From an uncultured Methanolobus sp. (GTDB lineage Archaea; Halobacteriota; Methanosarcinia; Methanosarcinales; Methanosarcinaceae), in assembly GCA_963675495.1 (NCBI GenBank), contig OY776215.1, forward strand, positions 1,856,001-1,920,000: a stretch of 64,000 bases of DNA, read 5' to 3'. A program made the position numbers and the translations under genes. The notes under the pieces were generated by a model. It searched no databases, had not been told where the DNA came from, and saw only the letters and a list, made by a program, of their open reading frames with translations. Of the stretch, positions 10,935 to 20,786 are shown piece by piece. Numbering within the stretch: the first letter of the stretch is position 1; the number at the start of each line of letters is the position of its first letter.

Positions 10935-13058
10935 TTATTCAACTCCTACGGAACCTATTTTTTCTACTAGTTTTGAGAGCACTTCTGTGCGCATACCTTC
11001 TACGAATTTTATACTTCCGACGACAAGGTGTCCTCCACCGTTGACTCCTCCGCCTTTTACCTCTTCGTAGAGTTCCCTTACCATCTGTGGTATGTTCATC
11101 ATGACTCCTTTTGAGCGGATAACAGCAAAGTCAGGTCCGTATCCTATAGTTACGACAGGTTTGTCTCCGTATCTCTGACACAATTTGTCGTGAACTTCTC
11201 CTGAAGTTTTTCCGGGAGGTGGGAACGTGAACTTGTGAGCATGGTTCTCAACATCGAGAACATTCAGGACAGCTCCGTTTGGAAGGTCCTGTGCTTTCAC
11301 GTGTAACATACATACATCTATCTGTTCGGCTATCATTTCGTTTGCCTGTTCGCAAAACACGTTGACAAGGTTCTTGTGTATCAGGTGGTCGCCAAAGTCC
11401 AGGATATCGTCAACGATGCCTTTTCCGCTGTTGAACTTAAGCCAGTACGCCGCAAAGTCAAGGGCAAGTGCCATATCTTTGAGGTTCTGCAGGGTATACT
11501 TGTCAGATACCAGTTCTATGTATCTTTTTGCCTCTTCTGCTTCTGAGCGGTCACCAAGAGCAGCTACTGCAGGGAGGTGCTTGATATCATCTTCCACGTT
11601 GACATTTATCATGCGTGCTACTTCGGTACAGAGCATACCTGCTGTCATACCGAAATCTCCTCCGACATGTGCCGGGTTAACATGGGTTAGTAGGTATTTG
11701 TCAACCTCATCATCGGGCTGGTGGTGGTCCATGACTATCATCTGGATGCCGTATACCTGTGCCTGCCTCATTGCAGTCACGTTCTCTATGGAGGATCCAT
11801 TGTCCACACTTATGACGAGTGGCATCTTTTGTCCATGTCTTGCCACATCTTCAAGGGCAAAGTTGATATCACGGACGACATCCGTCATTTCGTAGAATGG
11901 TGCCTTTGAAGGTGCACGTTTGTAGAAGTAATATTCTCCGTCCTGTCCGTTCACTTCTCTTATGAGTGGAATAATGGCCTTCTCAATGGCCAGAGCCGCG
12001 GTCATTCCGTCAGCATCTGCATGGTGACGCAATAGGATAGGGGTAGATTTGATAATTGCCTTCCTTATTTCCTTTGCAGCTTTCTTCATGGTTGGCCTGA
12101 GTTTCTCAAGGACCTCACTCTCAACCATATATTCTATCTCATATGGTTCTGCCCTGCTGTCAATGGCAGCTTCTATGCGCTGGAGTATCTCAGTTTCCTG
12201 TGGTCCGGTTAGTCTTTTAAGGCTCTGGATCTCAAGCTGGACACTACCTCCACGGGAAGATATGTCTCCTGTGGCTGCAACTATCATGTCAGAGTCTATT
12301 TGAGGGTATGCTCTTTCACCGGCACTCTCAAAAGCAGCACCTGAGACCTGCCCTGTTTCGTCAGCAATAGTAAAGATAGTTGGTCCTGCTGTTTGCTTGA
12401 CCTGAATGACCTCTCCCTGGATCTTTACCTTTTTGCCCACCAATTGGGTGACTTCGCTTGCAAGTTTTATTGGGAGGTCCTTTTCAAGTTCCACGGTCTC
12501 GTATTCTTTGAGCTTACGCGGTACCAGATCCATTTTACCTCTTGGTTTTATTTCCTTGAGGCCTACAATTACAGCTTCTCCTACTTCCAGTGGTCCACTC
12601 ATATTGCTTGAATGTATAAGTCCCCTGAGATTGGAATTGAGGTCAACGAAAACTCCGAATTCCGCAATGTTCCTGACGACTGAATGATACATCTTACCAA
12701 CTTCAAGTTCATCCAGGGTGCATGAGTTGTCAAGCTTGTACACGATCTGTTTCTTTGTACATGAGGAACAAACTTCATTCCCTTCGTAAAGCCTGTCCAT
12801 AGGTGTTCCACATATCTTACACTTGTAAAAAATACCTTTACCGGAGCATGCAACGCATGTCTCCCTGTCCTCTATCTCTCCGCTTCCTCCACAGTTATTA
12901 CAGGAAGAGCCATTCTTCAAAAAACTGGCCATATCCTTTTCTGAAAGCTTCATAAAGTCTACTGACTTTGATTTCCCAGTACCTTTGCATTCCGGACATT
13001 TGGTAGTGCCAGTGACACTATAGCCTTTTCCGTTGCAATCCTTACATTTCTCGCTCAT
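10935..13058 (-). CDS. RecJ-like DHH phosphoesterase with DnaJ-type Zn finger, S1 and OB domains
   Basis: Repeated CxxCxGxG, S1 (FGVFVDL), OB (QTAGPTIF), RHHADADG, MDHH, GGGHLVVG. Confidence 0.9.
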   Translation of the reverse strand: MSEKCKDCNGKGYSVTGTTKCPECKGTGKSKSVDFMKLSEKDMASFLKNGSSCNNCGGSGEIEDRETCVACSGKGIFYKCKICGTPMDRLYEGNEVCSSCTKKQIVYKLDNSCTLDELEVGKMYHSVVRNIAEFGVFVDLNSNLRGLIHSSNMSGPLEVGEAVIVGLKEIKPRGKMDLVPRKLKEYETVELEKDLPIKLASEVTQLVGKKVKIQGEVIQVKQTAGPTIFTIADETGQVSGAAFESAGERAYPQIDSDMIVAATGDISSRGGSVQLEIQSLKRLTGPQETEILQRIEAAIDSRAEPYEIEYMVESEVLEKLRPTMKKAAKEIRKAIIKSTPILLRHHADADGMTAALAIEKAIIPLIREVNGQDGEYYFYKRAPSKAPFYEMTDVVRDINFALEDVARHGQKMPLVISVDNGSSIENVTAMRQAQVYGIQMIVMDHHQPDDEVDKYLLTHVNPAHVGGDFGMTAGMLCTEVARMINVNVEDDIKHLPAVAALGDRSEAEEAKRYIELVSDKYTLQNLKDMALALDFAAYWLKFNSGKGIVDDILDFGDHLIHKNLVNVFCEQANEMIAEQIDVCMLHVKAQDLPNGAVLNVLDVENHAHKFTFPPPGKTSGEVHDKLCQRYGDKPVVTIGYGPDFAVIRSKGVMMNIPQMVRELYEEVKGGGVNGGGHLVVGSIKFVEGMRTEVLSKLVEKIGSVGVE

Positions 13059-13232
13059 TGTATCTAGTGTTAGATAGTATATGTTGGATTTATGTGTTTG
13101 CTTGTGCTTAAGAGACAAAACGGACCGACAATTATATATTGCATTTGTATATTAGCCGCATGTACTTGTTTTTGAAATCTAGTTTGAAATTATTAACATC
13201 AAAATCAATCACATTAATAAACGATAAACGAG

Positions 13233-13336
13233 TTCTATAATTTGTTGGGTCTGAACTGTTATTTCAATAATAACAATAGCTTTCATGCTTTCGTGTACAT
13301 CCCCTCAAACAAGAATTCAGACCCAGCCTTCTATAA
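13233..13336. mobile_element. Possible MITE / IS-end relic
   Basis: Inverted repeat TGGGTCTGAA (13246-13255) / TTCAGACCCA (13316-13325), extendable imperfectly to about 21 bp, flanked by direct repeats TTCTATAA (13233-13240, 13329-13336). Confidence 0.45.
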
Positions 13337-13468
13337 AAACTCAATCTCCTGTTTTTGTCTTCCTCTTCTTGTATTATTCTAAATTCTTTCCTTATAGTCA
13401 CCGATATATTCTTAAGAAACAGGTTCTTTATATATACTATACTTAAAATTATTCAGGAGAGTGGTTAC

Positions 13469-14233
13469 ATGCCTTTAGTTGATTTTATTTTACCTTTAGC
13501 TATCGTGGCAGTTTTTATACTGTCCAAAGCGATCAAGATCGTAAATGAATATGAACGTGTTGTTATCTTCCGTCTGGGAAGATTAAGCGGGATAAAAGGT
13601 CCCGGTCTGTTCCTGATCATCCCTATAATCGATACGGTTGTGAAGATAGACCTGCGTGTTGTCACTATTGATGTACCCAAACAGGCGGTCATAACCAAGG
13701 ATAACGTAACAGTAGCTGTTGATGCTGTAGTCTATTATCAGGTAATTGACCCTTCAAAGGCTGTCAATGAGGTCGAGAACTTCAAGTATGCTACTGCTAT
13801 GCTTTCACAAACGACACTGCGTGATGTTATCGGCCAGATAGACCTTGATGATGTTCTTTCAAAAAGAGATGATATCAACAAGAGTATTCAGGAATCACTG
13901 GACATTTCCACTGACCCGTGGGGTATCAAGGTTACTAGTGTTACTTTAAGAGATGTCAGTATAGACGATACCATGCTGCGTGCAATTGCAAAGCAGGCGG
14001 AAGCAGAGCGTGAGAAGCGATCCCGTATCATACTTGCAGACGGTGAGTTCATTGCCGCTACAAAGATGAAAGATGCTGCACGCCTTTACGAGGAAGTGCC
14101 GGTTGCCATCAAACTCAGGGAACTGCAGACATATGCCGAAATAGCAAGGGAAAAGAATATGATCGTCGTGGCCAACTCAGCAAATGTTGGGGAAGTTGCA
14201 GCCCTTTCAAAGGCCTTTACTAAGAAAGATTGA
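13469..14233 (+). CDS. Stomatin/SPFH (band 7) family membrane protein
   Basis: EYERVVIFRLGR, GPGLFLIIP, ITKDNV, QTTLR and QAEAERE motifs. Confidence 0.95.
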   Translation: MPLVDFILPLAIVAVFILSKAIKIVNEYERVVIFRLGRLSGIKGPGLFLIIPIIDTVVKIDLRVVTIDVPKQAVITKDNVTVAVDAVVYYQVIDPSKAVNEVENFKYATAMLSQTTLRDVIGQIDLDDVLSKRDDINKSIQESLDISTDPWGIKVTSVTLRDVSIDDTMLRAIAKQAEAEREKRSRIILADGEFIAATKMKDAARLYEEVPVAIKLRELQTYAEIAREKNMIVVANSANVGEVAALSKAFTKKD

Positions 14234-14244
14234 ATGGAGGAAAT

Positions 14245-15573
14245 ATGAGACACAAGTGCCGGTTGTTCCTGAGCACTTTTCTTTTTTTGACATTGGCCTT
14301 GTCCCTGTTATCAGGTCTGGCATGCGCTGCCGGGCAGGAGAAAGTACTGGTTCTTGATATCTCAGATTCTATCACTCCGGTTTCAGATGACATTGTAGCT
14401 GATGCCATAGCATTTGCAGAGAACGATGACTATGAAGCTCTTGTGATCACTCTTAATACTCCTGGTGGAGGACTGGATGAAACTCTTGATATCATTGAAC
14501 AGATCGCTGCAACCGATGTCCCTGTTATAGGATTTGTCTATCCCGAAGGGACAAAAGCATGGTCTGCAGGCACTCTTATTTTGATAAGTACGGACATCGC
14601 CGCAATGGCGCCATACACTATCATAGGTTCTGCACAGCCTGTCACTGTAACAGCCAGCGGTTCTGAACCTGTTGAAGAGGCCAAGATAATCAATGCCCTT
14701 GTGAAAAGGGCCACAGAAAATGCGAAAAAGCACGACCGCAACCAGACGGCCGCAGAGGAGTTCATTACCGAGAACCTCAATCTTGATGCGGATACTGCTC
14801 TTGAGTATGATGTTATTGAGTATGTTGCCCCTTCAATAGATGATCTTATGTCACAGGTCGACGGGGTAGAGGTCAAAGAAAGGGTGCTGAATACAGAGGG
14901 TGCGGATATAACGTATTATGAACCATCCCTGCGCCTTGCATTCATGAACATCATCTCTAATCCCATAGTGTCCTCGTTGCTTCTGCTCCTTGGAGTCTAT
15001 GCAATAATACTGGGAATTTCAAATCCAGGATTTGGCGCGGAACTTTTCGGTATAGTTGCCATTGCTCTGGGACTGATTGGTACCGGATTTGATGTGAATA
15101 TCGGTGCTCTGTTCCTCATAATCGTTGGTGTGATATTGCTTGTGCTGGAATTCCAGGCTCCGGGTTTCGGGGTTTTCGGAATAGCGGGGTTTGTATGCAT
15201 AATTGCTGGCAGTGTACTGCTGGCTCCTACGGATTTCCCACGCAACTATACGCCTGCGGAATTCCAGAGGACGCTGATAATTTCGGTCTCAGCCCCGACT
15301 ATTGTCCTCGGGCTTTTCCTTGTTTTTGTCATTTACAAGGTGGTTGAGGTAAGAAAGAGACGACCGTTGTTCGGTGAACTGGTCGGTGACAGTGCGCAGG
15401 CTCTTGACCCTATCGGTAATGGTCAGGAAGGGTACGTTCTCCACCATGGGCAATACTGGAAAGCACGCTCATCGGACATAATTGAAAAAGACGATAAAGT
15501 GACAATAATTGAAAAAGATGGTGTGGTGCTTGTGGTTGAGAAATTAGAGAAAGAGGGTGAATTAGATACGTAA
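14245..15573 (+). CDS. nfeD: NfeD-family membrane-bound serine protease (stomatin partner)
   Basis: LNTPGG, AWSAG, AMAP..IGSAQPV, TM block, C-terminal OB domain; follows the stomatin gene. Confidence 0.93.
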   Translation: MRHKCRLFLSTFLFLTLALSLLSGLACAAGQEKVLVLDISDSITPVSDDIVADAIAFAENDDYEALVITLNTPGGGLDETLDIIEQIAATDVPVIGFVYPEGTKAWSAGTLILISTDIAAMAPYTIIGSAQPVTVTASGSEPVEEAKIINALVKRATENAKKHDRNQTAAEEFITENLNLDADTALEYDVIEYVAPSIDDLMSQVDGVEVKERVLNTEGADITYYEPSLRLAFMNIISNPIVSSLLLLLGVYAIILGISNPGFGAELFGIVAIALGLIGTGFDVNIGALFLIIVGVILLVLEFQAPGFGVFGIAGFVCIIAGSVLLAPTDFPRNYTPAEFQRTLIISVSAPTIVLGLFLVFVIYKVVEVRKRRPLFGELVGDSAQALDPIGNGQEGYVLHHGQYWKARSSDIIEKDDKVTIIEKDGVVLVVEKLEKEGELDT

Positions 15574-15602
15574 TATAAAGAAATAAGAAAGGCAAAACCT
15601 TT

Positions 15603-16922
15603 CTATTTTCTTTTTACCATTTCTATTACACGTTTCTTTTTTTCGATGGCATTGAGTGCTGCTGTATCAATTGCTTTTTTCATCTCATCGTAGTCACGTG
15701 GGTTCTTGTCACCTATCATTTTCTTGATGGGGGTGTATGCTGATTCCCTAAAGCGTGGCGTGAAATCCCTGACCTCTCCGTCAATTGTTATTTCAGAACC
15801 TGTGCCTTCCACTACTTTTCCGATAACTGCAATGTCTACATCTGCACTTCGTATGGTCTTCATTATATCTTCAGCGTATTCTTCAGGTGCAATTATAAGC
15901 AAAGCATCAAGAGATACTCCAAGATAATCAATTTCCAAAGACTCAAGCATCTCAAGGACTACTGGATTGACGAGTTTTCTCATCTTCTTCTCTTCGAATG
16001 TGAGTTTGACACCTGCTGTTCTGGATATTTCCTTTGCATCTCCGCGGATACCGCCGTTTGTGACATCTGTCATTGCATGGATGTGTTTCACAAGGCCGGA
16101 TTCCAGCAGTTTATCACATGCTTCCAGGAATTTTATATTGATGGTTTCATCCACAATATCATGCATTTCATAATAGAGCGCTGTTGTGGATATGGTTCCA
16201 CCTCCTGCCCCCTCTGTCATGAGTATAACGTCTCCTACCTGTGTCTGCTCACGTGATGTCAGGTCTGCTGAAACTCCCACGGCACCGACTGCACCGGTCA
16301 TGCGTTCACCTATGACCATGTCACCACCGATTCTAAGGGTGCTGCCTGTTATGAGTGGGATGCCTGATAGCTCGGCAACTGCGGTTATACCTGCTATGTG
16401 GTCAAAGATCTTGCCGACATCACCATCATCGGCCACGTGGATATCTGATAACATTGCAATGGGTCTTGAACCCATGACGTATACGTCACGCAGTGCTGCT
16501 CTTGCAACGTGGAATCCTGCAAGGAATGAGTAATCGCTAAGTCTGGAATGCATTCCATCAACAGTGAGGATTACATATTCTCCACCGTCTGCTTTGACAA
16601 CTCCTGAGTCATCAAGGTGGGTGGTGTCAACGACCGCTTCGGTCTTTCCGATTACCTCAGCTATCTTTTCATGAGTGTAGAAATCGCCAAGACCTCTGGA
16701 ACCAACGCCAAACTCTCCCATTGTAACACCGGAAACCGTGGGTTCAAGTACGTCTCCTTTCAGATCAAGGGTAGCTCTGGCTTCAGTGATCGTTGCCTGT
16801 GCGAGTTTACGTGCATGTTCGGGACTTGTCTTTTTTACTTCAAGTATCCTGGCAGTGAGTTTATCTTCGATGTCAGACTCGTTGTTTTTAAGCCCTCGTT
16901 TTGCGTAGCCTTCGATATCCAT
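15603..16922 (-). CDS. AIR synthase-related (PurM/HypE-like) archaeal protein
   Basis: MGEFGVGSRG.GDF, VDGMHSRLS and AMTDVTNGGIRGDA motifs. Confidence 0.85.
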   Translation of the reverse strand: MDIEGYAKRGLKNNESDIEDKLTARILEVKKTSPEHARKLAQATITEARATLDLKGDVLEPTVSGVTMGEFGVGSRGLGDFYTHEKIAEVIGKTEAVVDTTHLDDSGVVKADGGEYVILTVDGMHSRLSDYSFLAGFHVARAALRDVYVMGSRPIAMLSDIHVADDGDVGKIFDHIAGITAVAELSGIPLITGSTLRIGGDMVIGERMTGAVGAVGVSADLTSREQTQVGDVILMTEGAGGGTISTTALYYEMHDIVDETINIKFLEACDKLLESGLVKHIHAMTDVTNGGIRGDAKEISRTAGVKLTFEEKKMRKLVNPVVLEMLESLEIDYLGVSLDALLIIAPEEYAEDIMKTIRSADVDIAVIGKVVEGTGSEITIDGEVRDFTPRFRESAYTPIKKMIGDKNPRDYDEMKKAIDTAALNAIEKKKRVIEMVKRK

Positions 16923-16934
16923 GTTATCATCTCT

Positions 16935-17543
16935 TTAGCACATATTAACAAAGTTCTTCAACATCTTAAGGCCCACATCACCGCTTTTCTCTGGGTGGAA
17001 TTGAGTGCCAATGACATTACCTGCATCATTGACCACGGCGGCTGCAAAGTCTGTGCCATAATCACATGATATGAGCGTGTTCTTCTCTCCGGTGTCCACA
17101 AAATATGAGTGAACAAAGTAAACAAAGGACCCATCAGGGATGTCTTCAAAAAGAGGGTGCCTTTGTGTTATTTTTATTGAGTTCCAACCCATGTGCGGAA
17201 CTTTAAGCTCAGAATGTGGGAATCTGAGTACCTTACCCTTTACAAGGTCAAGACCTTCTGTGACACCGCCTTCCTCTGATGTGCTCATCATCATCTGCTG
17301 TCCCAGGCAGATACCAAGCATTGGTTTGCCCGAGGCAACATACTCATCGATAGTGTTTCGCACTTTCTCTACGTTCTTCATTGCGTCCCTGAATGCCCCG
17401 ACACCGGGAAGGATTACACCGTCTGCACTTTTAATCTCTGCAGGGTCGCTTGATATGAGTACGTTGGCACCTGCGTGTTCCAGTCCTTTTTGAACACTCC
17501 TTAGGTTGCCAAGTCCGTAATCGATGATGACTATCTTCTTCAT
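16935..17543 (-). CDS. hisH: Imidazole glycerol phosphate synthase glutaminase subunit
   Basis: IIDYGLGNLRSV, LGICLGQQ, VPHMGWN, YFVHSY and QFHPEKS motifs. Confidence 0.97.
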   Translation of the reverse strand: MKKIVIIDYGLGNLRSVQKGLEHAGANVLISSDPAEIKSADGVILPGVGAFRDAMKNVEKVRNTIDEYVASGKPMLGICLGQQMMMSTSEEGGVTEGLDLVKGKVLRFPHSELKVPHMGWNSIKITQRHPLFEDIPDGSFVYFVHSYFVDTGEKNTLISCDYGTDFAAAVVNDAGNVIGTQFHPEKSGDVGLKMLKNFVNMC

Positions 17544-17680
17544 GTGTGAATTAAAGAATGGTTTTGGTACATGAATGTAACGATAATTAGTTGGTAAGGA
17601 ATAATTATTTACGTTTTGTTGGCAAGTATCAAAAGGATATCATTTGATTCTAACATGCACTCTTAAAAAGGAGCTACAAT

Positions 17681-18370
17681 ATGCCAGAGGAAGATATTAC
17701 AAAAAATTTGAAAGACATGGTTTTTGGATTAGGTACTGATTTTGTTGGTATTGCCGATTCAAGGGCATTTGAAAGTCCGGATTATGTGGGAAACAAGCCC
17801 CAGGACGTGATGCCTGATCTGAAATCCGTTGTGATACTTGGTGTTTCCGTGCCCAATGGAGCTTTTGATACATTGCCCAAAGGAAGGGCTGAGTATACCA
17901 ATACACTCATGGCGGCTACAGCTACACTCAGGATTATTGCATTTCAGATAGCTAAATTCATAGAGAAGAGCGGATACAAGGCAACAATAGCTCCAAGTGA
18001 AGGAAGTGAATTCGGATATTGGTATGCTGACCGTGAGACACTGAAAGGAGATTTTTCCTTTAAATATGCTGCATATAATGCAGGACTTGGAAACTTTGGT
18101 ATGAACCATCTTCTTATTACAAAAGATTTCGGACCAAGAATACGAATGACTGCCATACTTACCGATGCACCTTTTGCTCAGGCGAAAACACCTCAGATGC
18201 CTTTGGTCAATGATTCATGCAGGGATTGTCTGAAGTGTATAGAGATATGTCCTGTAGGTGCTCTGACGGAAGAAGGTGTGATTTACAGGGAAAAGTGTGC
18301 GGATTATATGTTCAATGTCCTCGGAGGACTAAGATGTGGGTTGTGTTTGAAAGTGTGTCCACTCTATTGA
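17681..18370 (+). CDS. QueG/reductive dehalogenase-like 4Fe-4S protein
   Basis: SFKYAAYNAGLGNFGMNHLLIT..FGPRIRMTAILTD; CxxCxxCxxxCP and C...CGLCLKVCP. Confidence 0.82.
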   Translation: MPEEDITKNLKDMVFGLGTDFVGIADSRAFESPDYVGNKPQDVMPDLKSVVILGVSVPNGAFDTLPKGRAEYTNTLMAATATLRIIAFQIAKFIEKSGYKATIAPSEGSEFGYWYADRETLKGDFSFKYAAYNAGLGNFGMNHLLITKDFGPRIRMTAILTDAPFAQAKTPQMPLVNDSCRDCLKCIEICPVGALTEEGVIYREKCADYMFNVLGGLRCGLCLKVCPLY

Positions 18371-18741
18371 TTCGGAAGGATTTTAGTTCTAAGAACCCTC
18401 TATTTTTTACTCTCAATAAGCAGATGGTACAAATACTGTCTTCTCTCAGTACTTTTTAGTTTTTTCTGATCATGAATGAAAAACACATTTTCCAGCTCAT
18501 GTGGCCTTAAGGCTGTTTTTTAGGTCAGTATTTGTAAATTTATGATCTTACTGGTATGTTGATGCATTCTACTTGTTAGGGAAAAGTCATCGTTTGGTAC
18601 TTTTTACTCCCAGTCTTTTCCAGTTTCTCAAAATCTTCGTTCTAATCCTTGGATACTAAATTATTCAGCACACTATATAAAAATCAGGAACAAAACAATA
18701 AATTTATATCTAATGTACATTTCATTGCATTCGGTGATTTT

Positions 18742-19230
18742 TTGACCATTCTTGAAAAACTGTTTAATGACGATAGGGCAATTGAGCTTCCTATCAATAT
18801 CGTTGTAATGCTGGTGGTTGGTATGGTTGCTCTTGCGGCACTTGTAGCGATAATCCCTCCTCCAACTAAGAATATGTCCGTGAATATTATTGAATCAGGC
18901 GAGCAAAGTGCAGGCTCAACTCCTGGTAATACTATTATCGTGGATTCAACAGTAGCAAATTCTCCATTTGACGTCGATGTTGATATATCTGTGTCCGATC
19001 CAGATGGTTATCCTGTGAGGGATGCAAATGTTATCTTACGTGGACTTGGTGGAGTGGCAACAGGTATTACAGATAACGATGGTAATTGCTCTCTCAGCAC
19101 AACAAGCAGTAGCTCACCTGTAAGCCTTGGTTCCAACCAGAACGAAGGAACTCTGGATTTAACAATCTCAGCTAACGGTTTCTATGATTTTGAAAAGACA
19201 GATGCTGTAATGGTTGTCAGGACTTCATGA
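18742..19230 (+). CDS. Pilin-like membrane-anchored protein with Ig/carboxypeptidase-regulatory-like domain
   Basis: TTG start after GGTGA; DDRA|IELPINIVVMLVVGMVAL class-III-signal-like N-terminus; DPDGYPVRDANV..G.TDNDG. Confidence 0.6.
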   Translation: MTILEKLFNDDRAIELPINIVVMLVVGMVALAALVAIIPPPTKNMSVNIIESGEQSAGSTPGNTIIVDSTVANSPFDVDVDISVSDPDGYPVRDANVILRGLGGVATGITDNDGNCSLSTTSSSSPVSLGSNQNEGTLDLTISANGFYDFEKTDAVMVVRTS

Positions 19231-19260
19231 TCCTGACATCTATTTTCTTTTAAGATTATC

Positions 19261-19692
19261 ATGTTCTCTGATGAATCTGCATCCGTAGGCCTTCCCATAA
19301 GGATCGTGGTGCTCACGATAATCGGGATGATCGGCATCTATGTGATAGTCGCTTCTATCATGAGCACTCCCTTTGTTCCGGGTTCTATGTTCGCGTCTTC
19401 AAATTGCAGCAGCTTCAACATGAATGGAACTGTTTGTGATTCTCCTGATCTGGTAGTCAGTGTCTTTGACAATGACAGAAGGCCTATTGGCGGTGCTAAT
19501 GTCATAGTCTGGGGACCGTGTAAGGAAAAAGCTGTAGGCGGTGTCACTGATGGCAATGGTGACTTCCATTACAAACTGCTGAACATTTCCCTGCCGCAGG
19601 GAAAAACGGAAGGCTATCTTTCTGTCAAGGTAATGCAGGAAGGCTATCTGGATTATACCAATGATTTCCTCTTGAAAGTTAAAAAAGTATGA
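19261..19692 (+). CDS. Pilin-like protein, paralogous to the preceding gene
   Basis: DESA|SVGLPIRIVVLTIIG N-terminus; DNDRRPIGGANV..GVTDGNG. Confidence 0.6.
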   Translation: MFSDESASVGLPIRIVVLTIIGMIGIYVIVASIMSTPFVPGSMFASSNCSSFNMNGTVCDSPDLVVSVFDNDRRPIGGANVIVWGPCKEKAVGGVTDGNGDFHYKLLNISLPQGKTEGYLSVKVMQEGYLDYTNDFLLKVKKV

Positions 19693-19761
19693 GATTCCGG
19701 TTGTGGAATTCTCCTGCGTGTTTTTTTAGATACTTATTTTATGGGTGGTTTTTGTTTTGCT

Positions 19762-20451
19762 TCATGCACTCTTGCTGTTTGCCATATAGAATTTCAAGAG
19801 CACCGCCATTGCAAATACAAAGGCAACAGCAAATGAGAAATAGGCAGATCGTATGACATCCCAGCGTCCGGCCGTGATGAGTACTCCGGTGAGTATCAGT
19901 ATGGCGGCTCCCACAATGCCTGAAAGCTCCACAGGAACCTTTACTGAACCTATATTGATGCGGTTGTGATTCTCAGCTTTCTCAAGGCGCATGTTAAGTT
20001 GCGATATCTCGTTTTTGATCTCAAGCGTGAATGCTTCAGCATTTTCATTTTTATCCTGGCCAAGTTGTTCCGAGAGCTTCAGATTTTCTTCCCGAAGCTC
20101 TGTTATCTGTGAGTTAAGAACGGCAAGTTCTGAGCCAAATTCCTGTATCCTTGTCTCAAAATCCGGGTTCTGGAGATTGCCATGTTTTAGTTCATCAATC
20201 TCAGAACGAACGGAGTTAATCTCTTCTTTCGTACTCTCGATAGCTTCCTCAAAAACAACGTTAGTCTCATATTCCGGGATAGCATCTTCCAGGGGAACGT
20301 CCACTGAGAGCCTGCGTTCCACTGCACGTAATCGTTTTTCCACGCTTCGAACGGTCTGGTCAAGAGAGTGTAACCTGCCGTTGATGTCTTCTTTTATCTG
20401 ATTCTCGTTTTTCAAGGTCTGTCCACCAACAAACCTGTCATTTTTTATCAA
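19762..20451 (-). CDS. Hypothetical coiled-coil protein with two C-terminal TM helices
   Basis: 229-aa ORF with a heptad-rich core and hydrophobic C-terminus. Confidence 0.7.
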   Translation of the reverse strand: MIKNDRFVGGQTLKNENQIKEDINGRLHSLDQTVRSVEKRLRAVERRLSVDVPLEDAIPEYETNVVFEEAIESTKEEINSVRSEIDELKHGNLQNPDFETRIQEFGSELAVLNSQITELREENLKLSEQLGQDKNENAEAFTLEIKNEISQLNMRLEKAENHNRINIGSVKVPVELSGIVGAAILILTGVLITAGRWDVIRSAYFSFAVAFVFAMAVLLKFYMANSKSA

Positions 20452-20477
20452 AGGTATTAAAATCCTTCGATTCTATC

Positions 20478-20741
20478 TCAAGTTTCAGATAATTGAAGCG
20501 TTATATTCTCAGGAGTGACATTAAGGACGTAGTACTTTTGTTTGTCCAGCCTGATGTAGGTGGAATTTTTAGGATAGAAAAGGTTCAGCCCATTCCCATG
20601 ATAACTTTTTGATAAAAGGAGCTCGATAGAAAATGAATTATCACCGGACATCCCATCGTACATTATATCTAAGGAGGTTCCGAAAAAGCTGCTTTTTATC
20701 TTTCTCCTTCCTCCGGTTGCAATGGTAAATGCTTCTGCCAT
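20478..20741 (-). CDS. Small hypothetical protein
   Basis: 87-aa ORF with GGAGG RBS, co-oriented with neighbours. Confidence 0.65.
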   Translation of the reverse strand: MAEAFTIATGGRRKIKSSFFGTSLDIMYDGMSGDNSFSIELLLSKSYHGNGLNLFYPKNSTYIRLDKQKYYVLNVTPENITLQLSET

Positions 20742-20786
20742 GGCTTCCTCCTTTGATAATAATACTGTTCTGTGTTACTGGCTCGC

